From IMG/VR virus record IMGVR_UViG_3300033545_000002, positions 64,464-86,051 of that record: 21,588 nucleotides of DNA, one strand, 5' to 3'. How positions within the stretch are numbered: position 1 is the first letter of the stretch; the number at the start of each line of letters is the position of its first letter. This document shows positions 7,472 to 16,415 of the stretch, one piece after another. The notes below the pieces were generated by a model, which saw only the letters and a list, made by a program, of their open reading frames with translations, was not told where the DNA came from and did no database searches. Origin of the DNA: a virus. The translations under genes and the position numbers were made by a program.

Positions 7472-9646
7472 TTACTTGAATAGTAATTGCTGCCTGTTTC
7501 CTTGTTCAGCAGCGCGACAATTTCTGATAGCAAGGTCGAAATAGCTTTTCTTCAATTCAAAACCAATTCCATTTCGTCCCATTTTGATAGCCTGAAATAC
7601 TTCGCTTCCAATGCCCATAAAAGGCGTCAGGATCGTATCTCCTTTGTTTGACCATAAGGTAATCGTTCGTTCGATTGTCTGTAACTGAAGCGGCGCAATA
7701 TGTTTCTCGTCGGCTTCCCCACGGCCTTCTCTCCCATTCAACGTATCGCCGTAGTCAATGTCCATCCACACAGGGGATGCGTATTGTTGCCATGTATCGA
7801 CGGATATTTCACATTTCACCGGATGTTCGTGTTCACCTGGTTTTCTGAACACCAGTAAGTAGTCTGGTATTCCGACCCGGCTCATGGCAGCATCTTTTTT
7901 AACCTGCTTATGAAGTAATCCTAATGCTTTAGTCCGCTGCATCTCCGTGACTGGATTTTTCCAAATTGTCACTCTGGAATGATAAATAAATCCAACATCT
8001 TCGAATGACTGTCGGATCATATTTGAAAAATCACGCAATCCAATATACCCTTCTTTACCTTTTTGGATGGGCAAATCCATACAATGAACAACTACATTCC
8101 GGCCGGACCACATGATCCTATGAAGTTCTTTTGCCAAAAAATTGAAAGCTATGAAAAACTCTTTGTAGTCTTTGCTATTACCCATATCTTCCAATTCGTC
8201 ACTGTAAACATATAATTCAGAAAACGGGGGAGAAAATATTGACAGACCAATGCTTTCGTCAGGAATATTTTTAATCAACTGAACACAATCGCCCAATTGT
8301 ATTTTAAAGTTATTGCCGATTTCCTCCTGAAATTGTCGTTCCATTTTTTCTTTTGATTTTAATTTTCGGTTGACGGCTTTAGTCATTTCCTCTTGCATTT
8401 GCTCGAATTGTCGCTCCTTTTCTCTCAATATCCGACCAACGTTTTGCATGGTATCGGTAGTGACTAGATAGACATTCACCTGATCTTTTTGGCCAAAGCG
8501 CCAAGATCGACGAATGGATTGGAATACTGCCTCAAATGAGAAGTCGGGGGCAGCGAATATTTGGTTATGGCAATTTTGAAAATTAAGCCCGGCTCCGGCG
8601 ATTTTGCTCTTAGTGAGTAGCACCCGTATCTTTCCAAGTGCAAAATCGGATAACTTTTCTTCCTTCCACTCTACAGTGTCACTACCACGAACCTCAACTG
8701 CATCAGGAATTAGGCGTTTCAATTCATCGCCTTCCTCATTCTGCTTTATCCAAATCAAAAAAGTTTCATCTGATCCGTTGACAATATCAGCAACTTTAGA
8801 AAGTCTTTTATCCTTAGTCCTGCGTAATTCTTGATTAAATGATGTTGCCGAAACCGCTGAATCATTGAACAACATCCCGTTATCCTTTTTGTCAGTTTCG
8901 ATTTGAAGTTCGATGAAATTTAATGGTGGCAAATCATACCCGGATTGCTCAAACCCAATGTCAGAAGGCTTTTGGAACATAATGGCCCACGTACTTACCC
9001 ATTCCCAAAACACACGATTGCTATGGCCTTTTAGCCGCCATTTATTCGTTTCGCCGCCGTCATGGACAAAATACATAGCCAGCATTTCCGAACGCGGCAT
9101 TACATCTAAAAACTCGCTGTAATTGCCAATCTCCATCGGGCTGTTCGGCGAAGGAGTGGCCGACCATACGGATTTATACGGAGTTCTTTTGAATAAGTCA
9201 ATAATTTGATTCCGATAAGCCCCTTCATGGTTTTTGAGTATGCTGCCCTCATCTAATACAATGCCAGAAAATTCAGGAATCCAATCAACGATGTTATCCA
9301 ATTGGTCATAGTTGATAATGTATATTCCCATCTTTGGCGGTCGTGTTAACTTTTCTACGGGAATATGGATGTTCTTACCTTCTGTAATTGTTTGAGAAGA
9401 AACTGCCAACGGAGCCATGATTAGGACAGGAGCATTCGTATGGTCAACAACCGCCTGTGCCCACCTTAACTGCATTCTGCTTTTCCCCGTTCCTGTCCCG
9501 CTGAACACTCCGTATTTCCCGGCAGACAAAGACTTATTAACAATAAAATTCTGGAAAGGAAACAAAAATGAACTATTGATATTGGCCTCAAACCCGCTAT
9601 GAATATGCTCTTTTCGTTTTGTTTCCAGGAACTGTTCGTAGGTCAC
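7472..9646 (-). CDS. SNF2-like SF2 helicase fused to beta-class DNA amino-methyltransferase (probably N4-cytosine)
   Basis: GTGTGKS, LDEGS, SATP, GLNFQ, QSIRRSWRFGQ; then GDCV, catalytic FSPPF preceding SAM-binding PFMGIGS and GFELK. Confidence 0.92.
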   Translation of the reverse strand: MTYEQFLETKRKEHIHSGFEANINSSFLFPFQNFIVNKSLSAGKYGVFSGTGTGKSRMQLRWAQAVVDHTNAPVLIMAPLAVSSQTITEGKNIHIPVEKLTRPPKMGIYIINYDQLDNIVDWIPEFSGIVLDEGSILKNHEGAYRNQIIDLFKRTPYKSVWSATPSPNSPMEIGNYSEFLDVMPRSEMLAMYFVHDGGETNKWRLKGHSNRVFWEWVSTWAIMFQKPSDIGFEQSGYDLPPLNFIELQIETDKKDNGMLFNDSAVSATSFNQELRRTKDKRLSKVADIVNGSDETFLIWIKQNEEGDELKRLIPDAVEVRGSDTVEWKEEKLSDFALGKIRVLLTKSKIAGAGLNFQNCHNQIFAAPDFSFEAVFQSIRRSWRFGQKDQVNVYLVTTDTMQNVGRILREKERQFEQMQEEMTKAVNRKLKSKEKMERQFQEEIGNNFKIQLGDCVQLIKNIPDESIGLSIFSPPFSELYVYSDELEDMGNSKDYKEFFIAFNFLAKELHRIMWSGRNVVVHCMDLPIQKGKEGYIGLRDFSNMIRQSFEDVGFIYHSRVTIWKNPVTEMQRTKALGLLHKQVKKDAAMSRVGIPDYLLVFRKPGEHEHPVKCEISVDTWQQYASPVWMDIDYGDTLNGREGRGEADEKHIAPLQLQTIERTITLWSNKGDTILTPFMGIGSEVFQAIKMGRNGIGFELKKSYFDLAIRNCRAAEQGNRQQLLFK

Positions 9647-9900
9647 TGTACGAGTATTTTTATGTAGTCAGGATGCTTGTGGACGGCTTGCTTTGACCAA
9701 TCACCTCTTGCTGGCCGACGTTCAATTATCATCTTCAATGATCCATACCATCCCGGAAACTTATCACCTATTTTCATTTGGTAATCTTTTGGAACGATTA
9801 GTTTATAAACACCGTCCTTAGTGTAAGGAGGATATTGAAAACAATGTGGGATAGGTGTCTGACCACCTGGCGGTATATTGATAGGAATTTCGTGTATCAT
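9643..9900 (-). CDS. Hypothetical phage protein
   Basis: 85 aa, 4-bp overlaps with both neighbours. Confidence 0.7.
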   Translation of the reverse strand: MIHEIPINIPPGGQTPIPHCFQYPPYTKDGVYKLIVPKDYQMKIGDKFPGWYGSLKMIIERRPARGDWSKQAVHKHPDYIKILVQ

Positions 9901-10325
9901 ATTTTTACAATTTTCATTTTCTTTGTTCTGTCTTTAAACTTTTTAATGGTGTCATGGGTTCCGGGGCTGGAGTAATCCCAAAACGAGATGCCTTCATCGG
10001 CGAAGTCTGCAATCTTTGTGTTTCGATTAGGCCCGGCAAGAGCGTTATATTCCCCGTATTGACCCATGCGCCTCAAACAAGGTTCGGCCATATCTTTCCA
10101 ATCAGCCTGGAACCCTTTGTATGGAATGCCTTTTTCTTTGGCGTAGTCTCTGGCAATGGCGTCCACTCCCCTTGCTTTTTCATCGTCAATTGCCACACCG
10201 GAAACAATCATTTCAACTTTATGGATTTTCCTAAACTCATCCAATTCAAAATATACTCGCTTTTTGTTACTATACGTACGGGTGCCGACAACAGCTAATT
10301 TTATAGGTTTCCCAATCGTTTGCAT
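9897..10325 (-). CDS. DUF2493 / YspA-like SLOG family protein
   Basis: AVVGTR, IVSG..ARGVDAIA, ADW, AGPNRN, FWD..SPGT; ATG at 10325 follows the upstream stop. Confidence 0.85.
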   Translation of the reverse strand: MQTIGKPIKLAVVGTRTYSNKKRVYFELDEFRKIHKVEMIVSGVAIDDEKARGVDAIARDYAKEKGIPYKGFQADWKDMAEPCLRRMGQYGEYNALAGPNRNTKIADFADEGISFWDYSSPGTHDTIKKFKDRTKKMKIVKI

Positions 10326-10326
10326 T

Positions 10327-11331
10327 CTACTCTGTTTGCGTGTGAAGTTGCATGATGAGTGTGGTAAACTTTTCACCGGGAGTTTTGACCCAGTAAAAGT
10401 TTTGTCCTTTGAAAAAATGAATGTCCTCCGCGTCGATGGCCATTAGCAATCGGTTCATGTGTTCCGCATTGTAGGTGAAAGGGGCGGACGGTGTTAGTTT
10501 TTCTATGTTTTGCTCCAAGCTAATGTCCATGTTTTTGTCGTTCATAAACATTTTGCCTTCCTGCAAAGTAACGAAGGGGATCTTGCTGGATTGGGCGCAC
10601 TCCGAATTGAATTGCTGCATGTCGCTGGCGGAAATATTAAATTCCTCTTTGTCACTTGTTATCTTCCCGTAATTGATAACGTTGATGTATTTTATCTCTT
10701 GTTTTGCAAACCCGATAACCCCATTGTCGGTGTAGAAAAACATATAATTATCGGAATATGCGTATTCTTTAATGGAAAGTTTTGAAATGACTTGTGCATG
10801 TCTGTTATCCAGTACAATCTCAAATTCTTCGTCAACCGGCTCTGAAAAAAAAATGATTCCATTCGATGCACAAATATGCCCATTACCTACCATAATGAAC
10901 GACATCCAGGAAGTGTTAGTTTCGTCAATTTTCAGTGGGAAATACTGCGCCCGATCCAACACTTTCATAAAGTTTTCAGAGATGGGGAACCGCTCACTGG
11001 TCGGTTCGGGAATCATTGGGAACCCAACCAAATCCGGTACTTGAAACGTTATGGGTATTTTCGTGTCGGTGATTGTCACTTTGTTCCCTTTTTGCGTGAT
11101 GTTTAAAAAGTCGGTAGCTTCGTTGCTTAACTTGACGCCCAACAATTTTTCATCCACCAATATCGGCTTGTCAATACCAGAGCATTCAAATTGGACGAAA
11201 GAGGTTAGGACACTTTTTGTTGCCTTCCCATTCTCCAATTTGATGTACTCTAAAATCGGTAGAATGTTGTGCCCTTTGATGTGGGACGCCATTTTTTGAA
11301 AGGCTCTAAGCCCCGTTACAGAAATATTCAT
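10327..11331 (-). CDS. DNA polymerase III beta sliding-clamp-like protein
   Basis: 334 aa; ILPILE near the N-terminus, FPxIP, ASNG, YNAEHM, C-terminal LIMQ match the DnaN pattern, but divergent. Confidence 0.7.
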   Translation of the reverse strand: MNISVTGLRAFQKMASHIKGHNILPILEYIKLENGKATKSVLTSFVQFECSGIDKPILVDEKLLGVKLSNEATDFLNITQKGNKVTITDTKIPITFQVPDLVGFPMIPEPTSERFPISENFMKVLDRAQYFPLKIDETNTSWMSFIMVGNGHICASNGIIFFSEPVDEEFEIVLDNRHAQVISKLSIKEYAYSDNYMFFYTDNGVIGFAKQEIKYINVINYGKITSDKEEFNISASDMQQFNSECAQSSKIPFVTLQEGKMFMNDKNMDISLEQNIEKLTPSAPFTYNAEHMNRLLMAIDAEDIHFFKGQNFYWVKTPGEKFTTLIMQLHTQTE

Positions 11332-11341
11332 TTATTGTTTT

Positions 11342-11710
11342 TTAGAAAAGTTTTTCTTGCCGGTCTGTTTTAATCGCCGCCTCCGCCTTCTTAATAATTT
11401 TGGCTTGCTTGTCAGTTTTGGGCGGCGGCAATTCTCCGATTTGGGATTTGATATACTCGCGCATACGCTCCATTCCATCTTTATTTTCGTCTGTCTTATT
11501 CAATCGGTATCGGAAATAATATCCAGGCTTCTCATCGTATATTGACTTAAACTCTTTCTTGTCTTTGCTAATAATCACACCGAACTTTTGCTCAATTGAT
11601 CTGGACAGCTCTCTGCTTAGATTAGTACAGTGGAATTTATGAAAGCCATCCGCTATCGTCATAGTGTCTCCATTCAACAAGGCAATCGCTATTGCGCATA
11701 TTTGTGTCAT
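11342..11710 (-). CDS. Winged-helix-like DNA-binding protein
   Basis: TQ..AI...LL.G..MT..D...KF.CTNL...Y.L pattern of phage HTH proteins; first gene of the leftward operon. Confidence 0.6.
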   Translation of the reverse strand: MTQICAIAIALLNGDTMTIADGFHKFHCTNLSRELSRSIEQKFGVIISKDKKEFKSIYDEKPGYYFRYRLNKTDENKDGMERMREYIKSQIGELPPPKTDKQAKIIKKAEAAIKTDRQEKLF

Positions 11711-11778
11711 GGGTGTGAAGGTAGAAATATATTTTTAATTTCCAATTAATTTATTTTACTTTACATAAAATTACTTTA
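11711..11778. promoter_or_regulatory. Divergent promoter/operator region
   Basis: AT-rich strand switch; TACCTTCA (minus, 11716-11723); direct repeat TTACTTTA at 11756-11763 and 11771-11778. Confidence 0.6.
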
Positions 11779-11934
11779 ATGGCAGATACGAAACAAATAA
11801 GCGCGACCATTGACGGAGATTTAGCAGAATGGGTGGCTACTGAGGCAAAGGCAGATCGGCGCACGTTTAGTGAAATGGTGGGTATTTTATTGGAGGAGGC
11901 AAAAGCTAAACGGGAAAAATTAGTGAAGAAATGA
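11779..11934 (+). CDS. Ribbon-helix-helix (Arc/CopG-like) transcription regulator
   Basis: Not in the ORF track (51 aa): MADTKQISATIDGDLAEWVATEAKADRRTFSEMVGILLEEA...; alternating beta strand, then two helices with RTFSE turn; ATGA-coupled to the next gene. Confidence 0.85.
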   Translation: MADTKQISATIDGDLAEWVATEAKADRRTFSEMVGILLEEAKAKREKLVKK

Positions 11935-12680
11935 AAACGCCTCCTAAACATTGGCAAAACACCAGCTTGCAGCACATTCCCGGCGAACGATGGACAGACT
12001 GCATATTCATAGACACTAATGGGAAAAGTTACGATTACGGTGACTTATATAAGGTTTCAACGATGGGGCGAGTGAAGAATACTCCGCATTTGCATAAAAT
12101 CAGAAAGGATTGTACTATCCCGGTCAAAGAAAGAATAATGAGGCCAGACAATTTAAATGGGACTGATTATTTGAGAGTTAGGCTCACTAAAAATGGTAAA
12201 AGCAGCGCGCTCTTGGTACATAGACTCGTTATGCTTTGCTTTACAGAAAAAATACCGGGGAAAGACAAGGTTAACCATAAAAAGGGTGTCAAGTGGGATA
12301 ATAGGCTAAAAATGCTAGAATGGTCCGATCATCCTGAGAATATTCAACACGCATATGACACCGGATTGCATCATGGCAGGCCGGGCGAAGAAAGCGCGAT
12401 GGCTAAAATTGACAACAAAACAGCATTGTTGATATTCGATTCTGCTGGTACGCAACATGAGATAGCCATAAAGTTCAATGTCAGTCGTAGTGTAGTATGC
12501 GCCATTAAAAGAGGGGCAACTTGGGGAAAAATAACTAATAAACAACTAGTTAAGGAAAGATTCCCACTATCTACAAGTGATATTTTGGCTATAAGATTAT
12601 CTAATAAATTAGCCACGGATTTAGCCAAACAGTATAAAAAATCGGTCAAGTTAATAAGATTGATAAGAAATGCCGTATAA
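11931..12680 (+). CDS. NUMOD4-HNH homing endonuclease
   Basis: ERW...LYKVSTMGRVK (NUMOD4), VHRLV...VNHKKG..DN...LEW....NIQHA (HNH), C-terminal HTH-like repeats. Confidence 0.9.
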   Translation: MKTPPKHWQNTSLQHIPGERWTDCIFIDTNGKSYDYGDLYKVSTMGRVKNTPHLHKIRKDCTIPVKERIMRPDNLNGTDYLRVRLTKNGKSSALLVHRLVMLCFTEKIPGKDKVNHKKGVKWDNRLKMLEWSDHPENIQHAYDTGLHHGRPGEESAMAKIDNKTALLIFDSAGTQHEIAIKFNVSRSVVCAIKRGATWGKITNKQLVKERFPLSTSDILAIRLSNKLATDLAKQYKKSVKLIRLIRNAV

Positions 12681-13212
12681 TTCAACGATACGATCGAAAG
12701 TTGGGCAATGCAGTTTTGCTGGGTGCAATTATTACGGCCCGTTAACAAAACAATTATGTAACCAGCATTACTGGTTTCGGCTTAGAATGAAGTCGGCCGA
12801 AAAGTTTGTAGAGCGAGAGATAAAGGAGGATGGGCTACAGGATTTAATTACCGATCTTGACGTGCTTGTTAGTCGGTGGGTAAGGTACAGCGCCGTAGGG
12901 CCGGGCAATCTTGTTCAATGCTATACCTGTTCTAATAAATTTCCGCCGTCTGATATTGATGCGGGACATTATATAAGTCGGGGATGTATGCTTTTGCGGT
13001 TCGATGTAGACCGAAATATAAGGCCCCAATGCCAGATTTGCAACCGAACTAAGTACGGGAAGGCGGCTATTTTTGGTCAGAACCTTGAAAAAGAAAGGCC
13101 CGGAATAACCGAAATCCTGTACGAAGAAAGCAAATTAGTTTACAAATGGAGCAGGGAAGAATTGCGCGGCCTAATTGCGGAATTTACCCAAAAACTAAAA
13201 AACCTTAAATAA
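12670..13212 (+). CDS. NinG/Rap-like recombination nuclease
   Basis: LDVLVSRWVR...CYTC...DAGHYISRG...LRFD..NIRPQCQICN. Confidence 0.88.
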   Translation: MPYNSTIRSKVGQCSFAGCNYYGPLTKQLCNQHYWFRLRMKSAEKFVEREIKEDGLQDLITDLDVLVSRWVRYSAVGPGNLVQCYTCSNKFPPSDIDAGHYISRGCMLLRFDVDRNIRPQCQICNRTKYGKAAIFGQNLEKERPGITEILYEESKLVYKWSREELRGLIAEFTQKLKNLK

Positions 13213-13223
13213 ACTCACCACCC

Positions 13224-13541
13224 ATGACTTCTCAGGATATAGAAAGAGGGAATCGGCTAATCGCGGAATTTGATGGTGTGAAGCTCGGTGAGGACAAATA
13301 TTCCTGGCGTCCGGGATGTACAGAACCATTGCAGGTACATCATCTAAATTATCATAAAGAATGGGGATGGCTGATGCCGGCGGCTAAAAAAATCCTTGGA
13401 TTAACGCCGATACAAGGAAAAGCCATGCAGCATATTCTCCAAATGGAAGTAGTGGTCAGCGCCTTAATGGTTGCCGATATAGATAAACTTTACGCCGCCG
13501 TCCTACAATTTCTCGAATGGTACAATAGTCAATCATGCTGA
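13224..13541 (+). CDS. Hypothetical phage protein
   Basis: NRLIAEF...LNYHKEWGWLMP...YAAVLQFLEWYN; 105 aa. Confidence 0.8.
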   Translation: MTSQDIERGNRLIAEFDGVKLGEDKYSWRPGCTEPLQVHHLNYHKEWGWLMPAAKKILGLTPIQGKAMQHILQMEVVVSALMVADIDKLYAAVLQFLEWYNSQSC

Positions 13542-13792
13542 AGGTTTGTGAACATAAATGCGATCAATGTCTTTTCTCGGCGAATAGAATAGTATCTAAG
13601 GCGCGGATGGCTGGCATTATCCGGAACTGCCTGAAGAAAGATATTCATTTCGAATGCCACAAAGGAACGATTTCGGGAACGCCAATAGTATGTCGTGGAT
13701 TTTTCGATCAGTATCCTACCCAGATGATCCGTATCGCAGAAAGACTTAACGTCGTACAATTTGTAAATCCAGATAATTTAGTCAACAAGTAA
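13535..13792 (+). CDS. Cys/His-rich hypothetical phage protein
   Basis: CxxxCxxC...FECH...CRGF. Confidence 0.8.
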   Translation: MLKVCEHKCDQCLFSANRIVSKARMAGIIRNCLKKDIHFECHKGTISGTPIVCRGFFDQYPTQMIRIAERLNVVQFVNPDNLVNK

Positions 13793-13805
13793 ACAGGAAA
13801 AGTAT

Positions 13806-14060
13806 ATGACAAAGAAAGCGACAACCAAGCAAATCACCGTCAAGGTGAATGAAGAAAACCCGGAGCCATTGGAAATTTTGGCGAAGGCTATTATCGACGT
13901 GTCGGATGGGTTTGAAAAGATCAACAAGTCCAAAATGACGCGGAAGGCCATTGTTCTTTTGTTGCAGGCGGCGATTGGAGGAAGCCTGATCACGCAGCAG
14001 CAAATAAACGACGTTCTGGATTACGGTCCCAAATTGAAAACCCTTTATACAAAGCCATGA
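13806..14060 (+). CDS. Hypothetical phage protein
   Basis: 84 aa, co-oriented array, A-rich start context. Confidence 0.75.
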   Translation: MTKKATTKQITVKVNEENPEPLEILAKAIIDVSDGFEKINKSKMTRKAIVLLLQAAIGGSLITQQQINDVLDYGPKLKTLYTKP

Positions 14061-14407
14061 CCCCTACACTACCACAGGCAGAGATAGACCGGATCGCGGC
14101 GGACGCTAATTCAAAATGGCCGCTTGATGAAAACGATCCGCCAACTAAATATACTTCGAGCCGAAATGCACTGATGCTGGATTTTCGGTCAGCATTCATC
14201 GCCGGAGCCCAGGCGGAAGTAGTTAGAGGAAGGGAACAGGAACGGACGCGGTTCATTGAGTTTCTGCAATGGCTATCTGCGGAGAAAGCGGAATATTCGA
14301 TTTTGTACGGAGGCGATCCGGAACGGTTTTGTTCCATAGACCACGATTATACCAGCGAACAAATTGCTGACCTCTATATTTTGGAAACGCTAAAAAGGAA
14401 AGGATGA
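14057..14407 (+). CDS. Hypothetical phage protein
   Basis: 116 aa, ATGA overlaps at both ends. Confidence 0.75.
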   Translation: MTPTLPQAEIDRIAADANSKWPLDENDPPTKYTSSRNALMLDFRSAFIAGAQAEVVRGREQERTRFIEFLQWLSAEKAEYSILYGGDPERFCSIDHDYTSEQIADLYILETLKRKG

Positions 14408-14715
14408 CAGACAGACAACTTATCGACGAATTGGAAAAGTGGAGACCACAATACGATTTCAATTTCCAGCTATGGAGCGAAGACCGCGTAAACTGCTCCA
14501 TCTGCAAAGGCGACATTAGAATTGCCGAGTTTAATCAGTGCGAAACGATTAGGGAGGGTTTTGAGAAATGTATCGGATGGATAAAGGCCCAGAACCCAAA
14601 AGGCGTCGTCTACCCGGAGGCCATCGGAAGCCGTTGCGTAATCTGCGGGTCTAAAATCGCTATTGGAAATGATATTTGCGGTGAATGCGCTTGTGAAGAT
14701 GATTGCAGCGCGTAA
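14404..14715 (+). CDS. Hypothetical protein with C-terminal zinc ribbon
   Basis: CVICG...CGEC. Confidence 0.75.
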   Translation: MTDRQLIDELEKWRPQYDFNFQLWSEDRVNCSICKGDIRIAEFNQCETIREGFEKCIGWIKAQNPKGVVYPEAIGSRCVICGSKIAIGNDICGECACEDDCSA

Positions 14716-14764
14716 CCCCCTCTCATCGTCCCTATAACAGAGTAACTTATAAAACGTAAGGAAT

Positions 14765-15043
14765 ATGAGTAATAAAATTGAGATAACCGAACGTCAGGCG
14801 CAGCAGTTCAACCGGATGCTTTCGCAACTCCGGAAAATAGCCAGAGACTACATGACGCCAGCGCAAATGCAGCGCGGACATGATCTAGGACGAGGTATGG
14901 GGCCGTCTTATGAGGAAGAATTGGAGATGGCCTATGAAAATATTCAGCAAGAGGCCGTGCATGGCGCTAATGGCGTCAGCTCCATTAAAATAGCAAATCC
15001 TTCACCTTTAACCCCCTCCCAGAAGCATGGAAAGCAAAGATGA
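14765..15043 (+). CDS. Hypothetical phage protein
   Basis: 92 aa, co-oriented array. Confidence 0.75.
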   Translation: MSNKIEITERQAQQFNRMLSQLRKIARDYMTPAQMQRGHDLGRGMGPSYEEELEMAYENIQQEAVHGANGVSSIKIANPSPLTPSQKHGKQR

Positions 15044-15242
15044 GAAGAAGTCAGCGTCCCCCGTATCCCGATCCGTCTATCAAAAGTTAGCGGAAGAAAA
15101 CAAAAGGCTGAAAGCGGATATATACGTGCTTGCGATGGGCGGGGCGGCAGATTTCGCCGAAGTTATTACGCGCTGGAAAAAGCATTTCTATCAGAAAAAG
15201 GCAATCGACGAGGCCATGCGAGAACTTTTTAAAAAAAGATAA
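15027..15242 (+). CDS. Hypothetical coiled-coil protein
   Basis: 71 aa, KLAEENKRLK. Confidence 0.7.
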   Translation: MESKDEKKSASPVSRSVYQKLAEENKRLKADIYVLAMGGAADFAEVITRWKKHFYQKKAIDEAMRELFKKR

Positions 15243-15293
15243 CATGAGTAACAAACTACAGCAATGGGAGTACAGGGCGATAAAATATTTATT

Positions 15294-15785
15294 ATGGAAC
15301 TAACGATTCATTCAAAAAAATACGGCAATCACACTGTCGCCTTCGATGAGGCGGATAGGCCGATAATTGATTCATATACATGGAGTTTATTCAAGCCGAA
15401 GGATCGTAATAAGTTTTACGCTGTAACCTGCGTTAGCAAACGAATTATATTGATGCACAGGCTGTTGGTTAAGTCTGATTTGCAAATTGATCACATCGAT
15501 GGTAATGGGCTAAACAACCAAAGGAACAATTTGCGGCCTGCGTCTAATTCCCAAAATGCAATGAACAAGGGAGGGGGTAATGGCACGTCCTCCGGCTTTA
15601 AGGGTGTCTCTTGGCATAAGAAAGCCGGGAAATGGTTGGTCCAAATAATTCACAATGGTATTTGGATAAATGGCGGATTTTTTGAATCCAAAATCGAAGC
15701 GGCTGAACGATACAATGAATTGGCTATTGAATACCACGGCGAATTTGCCAAATTAAATGAAATTCCTAAAACTCAACCCCAATGA
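15294..15785 (+). CDS. HNH-AP2 homing endonuclease
   Basis: MHRLL...IDHIDGNGLNNQRNNLR (HNH); SGFKGVSW...KW...G.F....EAA..YN..A...HGEFAKLN (AP2). ATG 15294 preferred to 15264. Confidence 0.92.
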   Translation: MELTIHSKKYGNHTVAFDEADRPIIDSYTWSLFKPKDRNKFYAVTCVSKRIILMHRLLVKSDLQIDHIDGNGLNNQRNNLRPASNSQNAMNKGGGNGTSSGFKGVSWHKKAGKWLVQIIHNGIWINGGFFESKIEAAERYNELAIEYHGEFAKLNEIPKTQPQ

Positions 15786-16396
15786 CACCAATACCTGAAG
15801 AGTTTATAATTGCCAAAGGCAAAGCTGCCGAGGAATATAAAGAGCGATGTAAAGTAGATCGGGATAGTGGCCATTTGGCCGACTGCGATTTTTCAGAGGG
15901 TGCCGAATGGGCCTACCGCCTTCTATCTTCTCAGGGGCTCCGATGGGTGAAGTGTACCGAACGAATGCCGCAATTACCAAATCCGCTCCCTGCTGATACG
16001 CCAGACGAACGACCGGTGATATTTTTTAACCTTCGGCATTCATCGACGGGAGTTTGGTTTCCGAGTTATGGGATCAAAGCGGAAGATCAATTTCCTTTAG
16101 AAGCCAACATAAACCGAACGCTTTATGATCAAGGATTCGGGCGAGAATATTGGGAATGGCTGGACGAATCCACTGCACCTATTCAGCAAACGATGCGGTG
16201 GGTGAAGGGAGATGAACTTCCAGAGGAATCGGATTATTATATTTCAGAAGTAGTCTCTAATGTGGGCGGAGTGCAGACGGGTAACGTGAAATATCTGCAA
16301 TATATAAAAGGGGCTGATCATTTTCTAGGTCTTCATGAACATGAACGTGTTGTAAGATGGCTACTCGAACCCGAATCCGCTGCACCTATTCAGTAA
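15782..16396 (+). CDS. Modular phage protein with two DUF551-like units
   Basis: RWVKCTERMP...EWLDE and RWVKGDELP...RWLLE. Confidence 0.7.
   Translation: MTPIPEEFIIAKGKAAEEYKERCKVDRDSGHLADCDFSEGAEWAYRLLSSQGLRWVKCTERMPQLPNPLPADTPDERPVIFFNLRHSSTGVWFPSYGIKAEDQFPLEANINRTLYDQGFGREYWEWLDESTAPIQQTMRWVKGDELPEESDYYISEVVSNVGGVQTGNVKYLQYIKGADHFLGLHEHERVVRWLLEPESAAPIQ
16165..16396 (+). repeat. Direct repeat A, 25 bp (16165-16189 and 16372-16396)
   Basis: cgaatcc(a/g)ctgcacctattcag(c/t)aa; 2 mismatches; 207 bp period. Confidence 0.9.
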
Positions 16397-16415
16397 CTTA
16401 TTAAACAAGGAGTAT

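Noticed and set aside
11751-11975. 74-aa minus-strand ORF at the strand switch
   Set aside because: Antisense to the RHH gene 11779-11934, which has a clear fold pattern and translational coupling.
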